Source of the DNA: an uncultured Bacteroidota bacterium
GTDB lineage: Bacteria > Bacteroidota > Bacteroidia > Flavobacteriales > Flavobacteriaceae
Assembly (NCBI GenBank): GCA_902598305.1
Contig: CACKBL010000009.1
Span: 23,279-87,278 of the forward strand
Reading direction: 5' to 3'
Length of the DNA: 64,000 bases
Below, piece after piece: positions 23,074 through 32,540 of the stretch (positions are counted from its first letter, which is position 1; the number at the start of each line of letters is the position of its first letter). Under the pieces are notes generated by a model, which had not been told where the DNA came from, did not search any database, and saw only the letters and a program-made list of their open reading frames with translations. The position numbers and the translations under genes were made by a program.

Positions 23074-24840
23074 ATGAAAAAAAACAATATATCATATTTT
23101 GATTTAAGACTATTTAAAAGAATAATGGTTTATACAAAACCATACATTAAAACTTATTATGTTGTTTTAATATCTGCAATTTTACTTTCCTTATTTTCTA
23201 CATTAAATCCATATTTATTAAAAATTACTGTAGATGACTACATTACCCCTAGAAACTATAGCGGGCTAATGACTTTTATTTTTATAATGTTAATTGTTCT
23301 TCTTCTTGAAGTTATTTTTCAATACATTTTTGTGTTTTACGCTAATTGGTTGGGGCAAATGGTGATCAAAGATATTCGAGTTTCGCTATTCAAAAAGTTA
23401 GTAAGTTTTAAAATGAAATTTTTTGATAAATCTGCGGTTGGAAGACTAGTTACGCGGTCAGTTAGCGATATTGAATCAATCGCAAATATTTTTAGTCAGG
23501 GGTTATTCATGATACTTGCTGATTTTTTAAAAATGGGAATAGTTATAATAGTTATGATAGTTATTAATTTTGAGCTTTCCTTGGTTGTTTTTTCGATTCT
23601 TCCACTGATAATTTATGCAACTAGACTATTTCAAAAGTCAATGAAAAAAGCTTTTGAACAAGTTAGGGTTGAAATTTCAAATATGAATACTTTTCTTCAG
23701 GAGAGAATAACCGGAATGAGGATAGTACAAATTTTTAATAGAGAAAGTAAAGAATTAGAAGCATTTAAAATGATTAACGAAAGACATAAAAAGGCTTGGT
23801 TAAAAACTGTTTGGTACAATTCAATTTTTTTCCCTGTTGCAGAATTATCAACATCTATAACACTAGGTCTTCTGGTATGGTATGGGGGATTAAGGACTTA
23901 TGCTGAAGATAATTTCTCACTGGGGGTTTTGTTCTTATTTATCCAACTATCACAAAATCTATTTCGCCCGTTGAGGCAAATTGCTGACAAATTTAACACA
24001 TTACAAATGGGAATGGTTGCTGCGGACAGGGTTTTTGAAATATTGGATAAAAAAGAACCAACTGATAATAGGTTAGTCAAATTACCCCTCAATTTAAAGG
24101 GTGAGATAACCATTGAGGATTTAAATTTTTCATATGAAAGTGGGCAAGAGGTTTTAAAAAATATAAATATTAATATTAATGCAGGTGAGAAAATTGCACT
24201 AGTTGGGTCAACTGGATCTGGTAAGTCGACTCTAATAAATCTTATACTTCTTCTTTATGAATATGAAAAAGGAGATATAAGACTAGATGGAATTTCCATT
24301 AATAAAATTTCAAAAAATAATTTAAGGTCTCAAGTGGCAAATGTATCTCAAGATATATTTTTATTTGCAGACAGTATCTTTAATAATGTAACTCTATACA
24401 ATCCTAATATTTCCCTTATAGATGTAGAAAAAGCAGCCAGTGATATCGGCATTGATAGATTTATTAAAAAATTACCAAATGGATTCAAATATAGAGTTAA
24501 TGAAGGAGGAACAATTCTTTCTTCAGGTCAAAGACAACTCATATCTTTCTTAAGAGCTTACGTTTCAAATCCAAAAATCTTGATCTTAGATGAAGCAACT
24601 TCGTCGGTTGACTCTTTCACAGAAGAACTTATTCAGACAGCTACTGATAGAATTATTAAAAATAAAACATCAATTATTATTGCTCATAGACTCACTACAA
24701 TAAAAAAAGCTGACAAGATAATCGTTTTAGATAGGGGTAAAATAGTTGAAACGGGAACACATTTAGAACTTATCAATCTTGAAAAAGGTCACTACAAAAA
24801 ATTACATGAGTTTCAATTCAATAGAGAAGAGATAAGTTAG
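23074..24840 (+). CDS. ABC exporter, fused permease/ATPase (MsbA-like)
   Basis: Six-TM N-domain, Walker A GSTGSGKST, ABC signature LSSGQRQ, Walker B ILILDEATS, and H-loop IAHRL. Confidence 0.9.
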   Translation: MKKNNISYFDLRLFKRIMVYTKPYIKTYYVVLISAILLSLFSTLNPYLLKITVDDYITPRNYSGLMTFIFIMLIVLLLEVIFQYIFVFYANWLGQMVIKDIRVSLFKKLVSFKMKFFDKSAVGRLVTRSVSDIESIANIFSQGLFMILADFLKMGIVIIVMIVINFELSLVVFSILPLIIYATRLFQKSMKKAFEQVRVEISNMNTFLQERITGMRIVQIFNRESKELEAFKMINERHKKAWLKTVWYNSIFFPVAELSTSITLGLLVWYGGLRTYAEDNFSLGVLFLFIQLSQNLFRPLRQIADKFNTLQMGMVAADRVFEILDKKEPTDNRLVKLPLNLKGEITIEDLNFSYESGQEVLKNINININAGEKIALVGSTGSGKSTLINLILLLYEYEKGDIRLDGISINKISKNNLRSQVANVSQDIFLFADSIFNNVTLYNPNISLIDVEKAASDIGIDRFIKKLPNGFKYRVNEGGTILSSGQRQLISFLRAYVSNPKILILDEATSSVDSFTEELIQTATDRIIKNKTSIIIAHRLTTIKKADKIIVLDRGKIVETGTHLELINLEKGHYKKLHEFQFNREEIS

Positions 24841-25628
24841 GAAGAAAGATCACTTGTAAGAATTTCTTGTAGTTTTTTACCAGATGAGATTCTTTCCAGG
24901 TTTCCATCCTTAATGTAGGTTACGTCACCTCTTTGCTCTGAAACTACGATGACTATTGCATCTGTTTTTTCTGATATTCCTATTCCTGCCTTATGCCTTA
25001 AACCGTATCTTTTTGGAATAGAAGTTGAGTCTGAAACAGGAAGAATAATTCTAGTAGCAATAATTGTATTACCCTTAATAATAATTGCTCCATCATGCAA
25101 CGGGCCATTTTTTTGAAAGATTGATTCAATTATTTGAGGACTTAATTCAATTTTAGCTTTATCACCGGTGGACTTTATAAATTCGAGACTATTACTTTGC
25201 TCTATAACAATTATTGCACCTGTTTTATCTCTACTCATGTTAAAACAAGAGTCAACTAGCAATAAAGTTTCTAAAATTATTTCCTTTTCTACTTCGAAAT
25301 TCAAAAAATTTAAATATTTGAGAAAACTTTTTCTACTAGTGTAGTTGGTAGATCCAATCATAAGAAGAAACTTTCTAATTTCCTGTTGAAAAACAACAAT
25401 CAGCGCAAAGAAACCAACGCTTATGAAATTTCCTAAAATATTGCTCAAGACATTCATTTCAAGGGTCACTGTTATTTGAAACATAAAATAAATTATTACA
25501 ATACCCAAAAAAATATTTATAGCAACTGTTCCCTTTACTAATTTGTAAAAATAAAATAGAAGAAGCCCGACTAAAATAATGTCAAGGGCATCCACAAAAT
25601 TAAATTTTAAAAAACTTAAGTTGTCCAT
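24837..25628 (-). CDS. cdaA: Diadenylate cyclase (c-di-AMP synthase), membrane-anchored CdaA type
   Basis: Three N-terminal TM helices, then DAC-domain motifs GPLHDGAIII and YGLRHKAGIGISE. Confidence 0.85.
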   Translation of the reverse strand: MDNLSFLKFNFVDALDIILVGLLLFYFYKLVKGTVAINIFLGIVIIYFMFQITVTLEMNVLSNILGNFISVGFFALIVVFQQEIRKFLLMIGSTNYTSRKSFLKYLNFLNFEVEKEIILETLLLVDSCFNMSRDKTGAIIVIEQSNSLEFIKSTGDKAKIELSPQIIESIFQKNGPLHDGAIIIKGNTIIATRIILPVSDSTSIPKRYGLRHKAGIGISEKTDAIVIVVSEQRGDVTYIKDGNLERISSGKKLQEILTSDLSS

Positions 25629-25653
25629 TTTAAATTTTAATAAAATTAAAAAA

Positions 25654-26475
25654 CTAAACTAGTTTTTTGCATAGTTCAATTGATTCTTTTGCTTCCTTAA
25701 CATCATGGACTCTTAAAATATTTGCTTTTTTTAATAAAGCAACTGTATTTAATACCGATGTCCCATTTAAAGCATCAATAGATTTTATTTTCAGAGATTT
25801 ATAAATCATTGATTTTCTCGATAAACCAACAAGTATTGGAACATTTAACTCTTGAAATATTTCTAAATTTTTGAGAATTTCAAAATTTTGATGTATTTCT
25901 TTACCAAACCCAAATCCAGGATCAATTATTACATTGTTAATTTTGTTTAAATGACATGTATTTATTTTATCCAAAAAAAAACTTAATAATTCAGAGGTAA
26001 TATCTTCACAATTTGAATTTTCTTTCATATTGTGGGGACTTCCTTGCATATGCATTGCTATATAAACTGTATTATATTTTCCAACTATTGGGAGCATTTT
26101 GGAATCAAACTCACCAGCAGTTATGTCATTAATGATTGAAGCTCCCTCATCTATAGAAGCTTTCGCTATTTGAGATCTAAATGTGTCTATTGAAAAGATT
26201 GTTGAATTAAATTCTTTTACCAGAATCTTTAGAATAGGAATTAGCCTATTAAATTCCTCTTTTTCACTTATTTCAATAGACCCAGGTCTAGAGCTAACGG
26301 CTCCAACATCAATTATGTCAGCGCCTTGGCTTAACATTTCAGCACATCTTTTTACCGCTAATTTAGCAGATTGAAACTTTCCACCATCATAAAATGAGTC
26401 TGGAGTTAAATTTAAAATCCCCATTACTTTTGGATCTTTTAAATCTAAAATTTTACCATTACAATTTAATGTCAT
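25654..26475 (-). CDS. folP: Dihydropteroate synthase
   Basis: Pterin-binding blocks MGILNLTPDSFYDGG, DIIDVGAVSSRPG, SIDT and DPGFGFGK. Confidence 0.9.
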   Translation of the reverse strand: MTLNCNGKILDLKDPKVMGILNLTPDSFYDGGKFQSAKLAVKRCAEMLSQGADIIDVGAVSSRPGSIEISEKEEFNRLIPILKILVKEFNSTIFSIDTFRSQIAKASIDEGASIINDITAGEFDSKMLPIVGKYNTVYIAMHMQGSPHNMKENSNCEDITSELLSFFLDKINTCHLNKINNVIIDPGFGFGKEIHQNFEILKNLEIFQELNVPILVGLSRKSMIYKSLKIKSIDALNGTSVLNTVALLKKANILRVHDVKEAKESIELCKKLV

Positions 26476-26544
26476 TATAATTCAATAACTTTCAGAAAAA
26501 TAATTTTTACAATATAATATTTGAAATTGACAAAAAAAATCTAA

Positions 26545-27105
26545 ATGAATTCAACTGAGAGTTTTTACGAAAAAGTCATGGGAGAATGTAGATTGATATT
26601 TGGAAAAAAGATGTCAGATTATGGTGCTGCATGGAGAATTTTAAGATTATCGTCTTTAACTGATCAAATTTTCATTAAAGCTCAAAGAATAAGAAGCATT
26701 CAAGAATTAAAAAACAAAAAAGTTGACGAAGGAGAATATTCTGAATTCATTGGAATAATAAATTATTCAATTATTGCTCTCATCCAGATTGAAAAAGGGA
26801 TTTCAAGCACCCCAGAGATGTCAAAAAAGGAAGCATTAGCCCTCTACGATAAAAATTTTTCTATAGCAAAAAATTTAATGTTAAATAAAAATCATGATTA
26901 TGGAGAGGCATGGAAAGATATGAGAGTTTCATCTTTAACCGATTTAATTTTGCAGAAAATTATGAGAATTAAGCAAATAGAGGATAACAAAGGCAAAACA
27001 ATTATAAGTGAAGGAATAGATGCAAATTATTTAGATATAATTAACTATGCTATTTTTTCTTTAATTCACCTGAATTTAAACAAAAAGGCATCCAAAGATT
27101 TTTGA
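26545..27105 (+). CDS. DUF1599-domain protein (two tandem domain copies)
   Basis: Two internally similar halves: YGAAWRILRLSSLTDQIFIKAQRIRSIQ and YGEAWKDMRVSSLTDLILQKIMRIKQIE. Confidence 0.65.
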   Translation: MNSTESFYEKVMGECRLIFGKKMSDYGAAWRILRLSSLTDQIFIKAQRIRSIQELKNKKVDEGEYSEFIGIINYSIIALIQIEKGISSTPEMSKKEALALYDKNFSIAKNLMLNKNHDYGEAWKDMRVSSLTDLILQKIMRIKQIEDNKGKTIISEGIDANYLDIINYAIFSLIHLNLNKKASKDF

Positions 27106-27123
27106 ATTGAAAAATAAATAAAA

Positions 27124-27882
27124 ATGAGACAAAAAGTGATTATTGGGAACTGGAAAATGAATAATGATAAAAAAGAAACAGAAGACCTTTTACTTAAACT
27201 TTCAAAAATAAATTGTAAAAAAGAAATAAAAGTAAAAGTTTCTCCTTCTTATGTAAATTTAGAGAGTGCAGTAAAAATTTTGGAAAATAGTCCCATAGAG
27301 GTCGTAGCTCAAAATATGCACTATGAAGAACAAGGGGCTTACACAGGGGAAATATCTTATAAAATGTTGAAATGTATAAATGTAAATTCCGTAATTATTG
27401 GACATTCTGAGAGAAGAATGATTTTTAGTGAAAATGATGACATTATAAAAAGGAAAATTAATACTGCCTTAAATAACGAAATGGATGTAATTATTTGTTT
27501 TGGTGAATCTTTAGAGGACCGTAATAAAAAAAAACATATTGAAATTATTAGTAAACAACTTGATGTAATAATTAGTGATTTGAAAATAAATCAATGGAAG
27601 CAAATTATTTTAGCATATGAACCCATATGGGCTATCGGAACTGGGGTAAATGCGACACCAAAACAAGCTCAAGAAATCCATAAACACGTAAGAGCAGAAA
27701 TAGCTATCGCATTTAATAAAAGCCTAGCTGACTCAGTTCCAATTTTGTATGGAGGAAGTTTAAAACCCAACAATTCAGAGGAAATTTTTTCTAAACCTGA
27801 CATTGACGGTGGGCTAATAGGAGGTGCATCTTTAAGTTTTGAGGATTTTAATTCAATAATAAAATCCATTGATAAAAAATAA
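27124..27882 (+). CDS. tpiA: Triosephosphate isomerase
   Basis: GNWKMN, IIGHSERR, AYEPIWAIGTG and GGASL motifs. Confidence 0.95.
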   Translation: MRQKVIIGNWKMNNDKKETEDLLLKLSKINCKKEIKVKVSPSYVNLESAVKILENSPIEVVAQNMHYEEQGAYTGEISYKMLKCINVNSVIIGHSERRMIFSENDDIIKRKINTALNNEMDVIICFGESLEDRNKKKHIEIISKQLDVIISDLKINQWKQIILAYEPIWAIGTGVNATPKQAQEIHKHVRAEIAIAFNKSLADSVPILYGGSLKPNNSEEIFSKPDIDGGLIGGASLSFEDFNSIIKSIDKK

Positions 27883-28714
27883 AATTTATATAAAATTATC
27901 TTTAAAAGTTTCACCCCTAAACCCTGGTCTAGAAATTTTGATTGCGAAATTGGATCAATTAAAATTCGAAGGATTCGAAGAAAAGAAAGATGGTTTGGAT
28001 TGTTATATTCCAACTAATAAATGGAAAAATGAGATTTTAGATGTTTTTTATCCGTTGGAGGAAGAAGGGATTTATATTGATTGGTTTATTGATATTGTTA
28101 AACACAAAAACTGGAATTCATTATGGGAACAAAATTATTCACCAGTTTTTATTGGAGATTCCTGCGTGATTAGGTCGGATTTTCACAAGAAAATCAAGAT
28201 TAATTATGAAATAATTATTAAACCAAAAATGACCTTCGGGACTGGTCATCATGAAACCACTCAATTAATAATTGAAGAACTTTTGAAAAGTCCACCAATA
28301 GAAAAAAATGTTTTGGACATTGGCTCTGGGACGGGTATACTTTCTATTGTGTCTGAAAAATTAGGCGCAAAAAAGATTGACTCAATTGATACCTGCGAGT
28401 TGTCCATGCATTCAGCTAAAGAAAATTTTAAGTTAAACAAATCCAATAAAATAAATTTTCATCTAGGAACTATTGACGTTATTAACTCTAAAACTTATGA
28501 TACTATTTTGGTAAATATTGATAAAAATGTTATTCTTAAAGAAGCAAAATCTTATTCTAAAAAATTAGATTTACGGGGTTGTATATACTTAAGTGGTTTT
28601 TATTCTTCAGATGAAGAACTAATTATAAAAAAAATTGAAACTTTAAATTTAAATCTGAAAGAAAAGAAAAGAAAAAATAAATGGTCGTTATTAATTTTTG
28701 AGAAATATGAGTGA
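27869..28714 (+). CDS. prmA: Ribosomal protein L11 methyltransferase
   Basis: FGTGHHETT and the SAM-binding block LDIGSGTGILS. Apparent TTG start overlapping the tpiA 3' end. Confidence 0.85.
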   Translation: MIKNKIYIKLSLKVSPLNPGLEILIAKLDQLKFEGFEEKKDGLDCYIPTNKWKNEILDVFYPLEEEGIYIDWFIDIVKHKNWNSLWEQNYSPVFIGDSCVIRSDFHKKIKINYEIIIKPKMTFGTGHHETTQLIIEELLKSPPIEKNVLDIGSGTGILSIVSEKLGAKKIDSIDTCELSMHSAKENFKLNKSNKINFHLGTIDVINSKTYDTILVNIDKNVILKEAKSYSKKLDLRGCIYLSGFYSSDEELIIKKIETLNLNLKEKKRKNKWSLLIFEKYE

Positions 28715-28982
28715 AAAGCCTGAGTTAGAAGTTTTAGAAGAGACCGAAGTCAAAACTTCGAAGGAACATCAGATTATACTTTATAATGATGATATAAATA
28801 CCTTTGACCATGTAATTTCTTGCCTAATTAATATATGTGACCAAACTCAAGAACAGGCGGAACAGTGTGCATACATTGTTCATTACCATGGGAAATGTAT
28901 TGTTAAAACAGGAACTTTTGAAGATTTAAAACCAAGATGTTTGAAGTTGCTAGATGCTGGTTTGTCTGCTGAGCTTGTCTAG
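28707..28982 (+). CDS. clpS: ATP-dependent Clp protease adaptor ClpS
   Basis: ClpS core ILYNDDINTFDHVI...QAEQCAYIVHYHGK. The ATG at 28707 overlaps the prmA stop. Confidence 0.85.
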   Translation: MSEKPELEVLEETEVKTSKEHQIILYNDDINTFDHVISCLINICDQTQEQAEQCAYIVHYHGKCIVKTGTFEDLKPRCLKLLDAGLSAELV

Positions 28983-29034
28983 CGATTTTGCCAGTAGTTA
29001 AACTTGTTGTATTTTAGGCCTTTTTTTAAAATTA

Positions 29035-29580
29035 ATGAAAAAAACACTAATCATTTTAATTCTCGTAAATTGGCAAATTATTAAAGAACAAAAAATAATG
29101 GACAATAGCATATATCAATTTACTGTTGAAGATGTTGACGGAGAAGCATTCGATTTTTCGTGTCTAGAAGGAAAAAAAATCATGATTGTTAATACTGCTT
29201 CAAGATGTGGTCTCACATATCAATACAAGGGACTACAAGCCTTATATGATAAATATAAAAATCAAAACTTTATTATTATTGGTTTTCCTGCAAATAATTT
29301 TTTATTTCAAGAACCTGGTACAAACCAACAGATAAGCGAATTTTGTAAAAAAAATTACGGTGTTACATTTCCAATTATGTCCAAGATTGATGTAAAAGGG
29401 AAAAATATTCATCCGATATACCGTTTTTTAACTGATAAAAGTAAAAATGGATATATCGATTCAAAAGTAACTTGGAACTTCCAAAAATATTTAATTAATG
29501 AAAATGGATTACTGGAAATGGTTGTTTCTCCTAGGACATCCCCGGAGAGTGAAAAAATTGTAAATTGGATTACAAATTAG
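29035..29580 (+). CDS. Glutathione peroxidase (Cys type)
   Basis: NTASRCGLT (active-site Cys encoded by TGT, not TGA), GFPANNF and WNFQKYLI. An alternative start at 29098 (MDNSIYQF) is plausible. Confidence 0.85.
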   Translation: MKKTLIILILVNWQIIKEQKIMDNSIYQFTVEDVDGEAFDFSCLEGKKIMIVNTASRCGLTYQYKGLQALYDKYKNQNFIIIGFPANNFLFQEPGTNQQISEFCKKNYGVTFPIMSKIDVKGKNIHPIYRFLTDKSKNGYIDSKVTWNFQKYLINENGLLEMVVSPRTSPESEKIVNWITN

Positions 29581-29583
29581 TTG

Positions 29584-30732
29584 ATGAAAAAAAATAAACC
29601 TGAAACGCTATGTGTTCACGAAGGACAAATTGAAGATCCAATTTATAACGGTGCGGTTTCTCCTTTGTATATGGCTACAGCCTATTCATACAAAAAAGGT
29701 GATATGTACCCTCGATATTTTAATACCCCAAATCAGGTAGGGCTATCTAAAAAAATATCATCTCTAGAAAATGCTGAAGAAACTCTTGTTTTTGGTTCTG
29801 GGATGGCCGCAATTTCGACATCTTTACTTTCATTTTTGTCATCTGGTGATCACGTTATTTTTCAGCCTGATTTATATGGTGGAACTAGAAATTTTGCAAT
29901 TGAACATTTAAATACCTATGGAATAGAATATAGTTTCGCTGATAGCACTAATTTGAACGATTTTTCTTCTAAAATTAAAGATAACACAAAAGTTATCTAC
30001 GTGGAATCACCTAGTAATCCTTTGATGAAAATTATAGATTTAAAAGGTATATCTGAGCTCGCAAATGATCACAAGATTATTACAATGATTGACAACACGT
30101 TTGCTTCTCCTGTAAATCAAAATCCAATAACATTAGGTATAGATATTGTTATCCAAAGCGCAACAAAATATCTTGGAGGACATAGTGATATTTTAGCAGG
30201 TTCAGTATCATCTTCAAAAAAAAACATTGAATCTGTTTTTACTGTTGGAAAAAGCCTTGGTGGTAATTTAAGTGATTATACTGTTTGGTTGCTAGAAAGA
30301 AGTCTAAAAACATTATTCGTGAGGGTGGAAAAACAAAACAAAAATGCTAAAGAATTAGCTTACCACTTACAAAACCACGAATGTGTAAACAAAGTTTTTT
30401 ATCCTGGTCTAGAAAATAGCTTATATTATAATCTTGCAAAAAGCCAAATGAAAGATTTCACTGGTATGCTTTCATTCGAAATTGGCAAAAACATAAGCAG
30501 AGAAATTTTTGAAAACAATCTGAATCTAATTCAACCCGCAATAAGCTTGGCAGGAGTTGAAAGTACAATTAATATTCCATTTTTAACTTCACATAAATGG
30601 CTTCCTAAAGAGGAAAAAATAAAACAAGGGATAACACCAAATCTTGTCAGATTTTCTGTTGGCATTGAAGATGTTAATGATTTGAAGCGAGACCTTGACC
30701 AAGCTCTTAAAAAAGCAATTGATGAAAGTTGA
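29584..30732 (+). CDS. Cys/Met-metabolism PLP enzyme (cystathionine gamma-synthase/beta-lyase family)
   Basis: PLP-Lys block QSATKYLGGHSD, DNTFASP and ESLGGVES-like AGVEST. Family assignment only; substrate not resolved. Confidence 0.85.
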   Translation: MKKNKPETLCVHEGQIEDPIYNGAVSPLYMATAYSYKKGDMYPRYFNTPNQVGLSKKISSLENAEETLVFGSGMAAISTSLLSFLSSGDHVIFQPDLYGGTRNFAIEHLNTYGIEYSFADSTNLNDFSSKIKDNTKVIYVESPSNPLMKIIDLKGISELANDHKIITMIDNTFASPVNQNPITLGIDIVIQSATKYLGGHSDILAGSVSSSKKNIESVFTVGKSLGGNLSDYTVWLLERSLKTLFVRVEKQNKNAKELAYHLQNHECVNKVFYPGLENSLYYNLAKSQMKDFTGMLSFEIGKNISREIFENNLNLIQPAISLAGVESTINIPFLTSHKWLPKEEKIKQGITPNLVRFSVGIEDVNDLKRDLDQALKKAIDES

Positions 30733-31441
30733 TATAATTGCATTTGGAGCTCATCCTGATGATGTTGAGTTGGGCTGTGGCGGAAGTATTTCTTCAGCTA
30801 TTTCTCAAGGTTTAAAAGTTGGTATTGTTGACTTAACAAAAGGGGAACTTGGTACTAGGGGAACTAAAGAAATAAGAAAAAAAGAATCTGAAAAAGCCTC
30901 TGAAATTCTTGGGGTTAGTTTTAGAAAAAATTTAGGATTCAAGGATGCCTTTTTTGTTAACGATAAAGCCCATCAATTAAAAGTTATTGAATTATTAAGA
31001 GAACACAAACCTTCCATTGTATTTTGCAACGCAGTAAAAGATAGGCATATTGATCATCCCAAGGGTAGTAGACTTGTTAGTGATTCATGTTTTCTTTCAG
31101 GACTTTCTAAAATTAAAACGAATTACAAAAATTCTATAAATCAATCGCCTTGGACTCCAAAACAAGTTTACCACTACATCCAGTGGTTTGATATAAAACC
31201 CGATTTACTAATCGATATAAGTGACTTTCAAGAAAAGAAAATGGAAGCTATAATGGCTTATAATTCACAATTTTATAATCCAAACAGCAAAGAACCGAAT
31301 ACACCTATTAGTTCAAAAAATTTTATAGATAGTATTAAACAAAGAGATCAGAACTTCGGAAGAATTTCAGGAGTGGTTGCGGCAGAAGGTTTTACTGTTG
31401 AAAGGCCACCAGTTATACAAGTCTTCAAAGGCATTATATAA
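30722..31441 (+). CDS. LmbE/PIG-L-family zinc deacetylase (BshB1-like)
   Basis: AFGAHPDDVELGCGG and DRHIDH motifs. The ATG at 30722 overlaps the upstream stop by 11 nt. Confidence 0.8.
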   Translation: MKVDIIAFGAHPDDVELGCGGSISSAISQGLKVGIVDLTKGELGTRGTKEIRKKESEKASEILGVSFRKNLGFKDAFFVNDKAHQLKVIELLREHKPSIVFCNAVKDRHIDHPKGSRLVSDSCFLSGLSKIKTNYKNSINQSPWTPKQVYHYIQWFDIKPDLLIDISDFQEKKMEAIMAYNSQFYNPNSKEPNTPISSKNFIDSIKQRDQNFGRISGVVAAEGFTVERPPVIQVFKGII

Positions 31442-31496
31442 TATACAAATCTTTATTTTGAAGGGATTTTAAATTACCTTAAATTTACTTAAGAAT

Positions 31497-31573
31497 GGTG
31501 GTTGTAGCTCAGTTGGTTAGAGCGCCTGATTGTGGTTCAGGAGGTCGTCGGTTCGAGACCGATCTTCCACCCA
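31497..31573 (+). tRNA. tRNA-His (anticodon GTG) with encoded G-1
   Basis: Hand-folded. G-1 pairs with C73. D stem GCTC/GAGC. Anticodon stem CCTGA/TCAGG with loop TTGTGGT. T stem GTCGG/CCGAT with loop TTCGAGA. Acceptor GTGGTTG/CTTCCAC has two adjacent T:T mismatches (5:68 and 6:67). Confidence 0.8.
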
Positions 31574-31577
31574 AGTA

Positions 31578-31602
31578 GGGGAGAGTAGCTCTCCCTTTTT
31601 TT
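31578..31602 (+). terminator. Rho-independent terminator after tRNA-His
   Basis: Stem GGGAGAG (31579-31585), loop TAG, stem CTCTCCC (31589-31595), then a T7 run (31596-31602). Confidence 0.7.
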
Positions 31603-31629
31603 GTAAATTCATCTAGTTAAACCAATAAT

Positions 31630-31800
31630 ATGAAAAAATACAATCGTGCAATAATAATTATTGCATTGGCCGCTATTGTCGCTATATTATTGAGTTTATA
31701 TAATGGAAATCCAAATTGGAAAATATATTTACCAGTAACAATAATTTTTTTCATTATTCTATATATTTCTATTTCTTATGAAAAAAATCAAAATAAATAA
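31630..31800 (+). CDS. Candidate 56-aa two-TM membrane peptide (below the ORF-track cutoff)
   Basis: Hand translation: MKKYNRAIIIIALAAIVAILLSLYNGNPNWKIYLPVTIIFFIILYISISYEKNQNK*. It has two hydrophobic helices and its 3' end overlaps the next gene's start by 23 nt. Such ORFs can arise by chance in AT-rich DNA. Confidence 0.3.
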   Translation: MKKYNRAIIIIALAAIVAILLSLYNGNPNWKIYLPVTIIFFIILYISISYEKNQNK

Positions 31801-32473
31801 AAACTTAATATTTAGATATCTTTTTGAGATATTTGTGATTATATTTTCTATAACTGCTTCTTTTTATATTCAAGATTTATTGAATAAAAAAGACAAAAAA
31901 GACGATAAAAATAAAGGTCTTGAAGGTTTATTGATTGAGTTAGAAAAAGATAAAAATGCATTTAAATATGGTAAGATTTACAACAAACAAAGACTCGCCT
32001 ACATTGACTCATTATTTGATTTAAATTTAAAATTCAAGCCACTGTATATTTCTGGAATTTGGGGTAACAATGAACTCATTAAAAACAGTAAATTCTTTGA
32101 TGCGTTAGTATCTACTGGATCTATAGAGTATATTAAAAACAGTGAACTTCAAAGTGAGTTAAGTAATTATTATATTTTTATTTATTCACTTTTAAAAAAT
32201 GCAATCGATACGGATAACAGGTCTTTTTTAAGGTTTGGAGATAAGTTAACAGATTATAAATTAGATTCGCTTGATTATGGAGCCATAGGGGGGACTTTAA
32301 CTAAGCATTATTTCGATCCATCTGATATAATTAAAATTCGAAAAGACAAAAAACTAAAATCTATTGCTCTGGATTGGTCTATGTATATGAGGATGCAGTC
32401 TGAATTTATGACAGAAGGACAGAAAAAAATAGAGATTCTTCAGAAATTGATTAAAGAAGAATTAAAAAATTAG
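31778..32473 (+). CDS. Hypothetical N-terminally anchored protein (possibly DUF6090-like)
   Basis: Single TM (IFRYLFEIFVIIFSITASFYIQ) followed by a helical, Lys/Glu-rich body. Family assignment is from memory of the N-terminal pattern only. Confidence 0.5.
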   Translation: MKKIKINKNLIFRYLFEIFVIIFSITASFYIQDLLNKKDKKDDKNKGLEGLLIELEKDKNAFKYGKIYNKQRLAYIDSLFDLNLKFKPLYISGIWGNNELIKNSKFFDALVSTGSIEYIKNSELQSELSNYYIFIYSLLKNAIDTDNRSFLRFGDKLTDYKLDSLDYGAIGGTLTKHYFDPSDIIKIRKDKKLKSIALDWSMYMRMQSEFMTEGQKKIEILQKLIKEELKN

Positions 32474-32540
32474 CTTCCAGAGAGTAGATATTCTCCAAGT
32501 GACAGATATTCTTTTTTTGTACATTTATTTAACCGATACA

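Noticed and set aside
27669-28013. 114-aa minus-strand ORF spanning the tpiA/prmA junction.
   Set aside because: It is antisense to two confidently identified genes (tpiA motifs GGASL and prmA).
29035-29580. A possible selenocysteine-containing glutathione peroxidase.
   Set aside because: The active-site residue in NTASRCGLT is encoded by TGT (Cys). There is no in-frame TGA.
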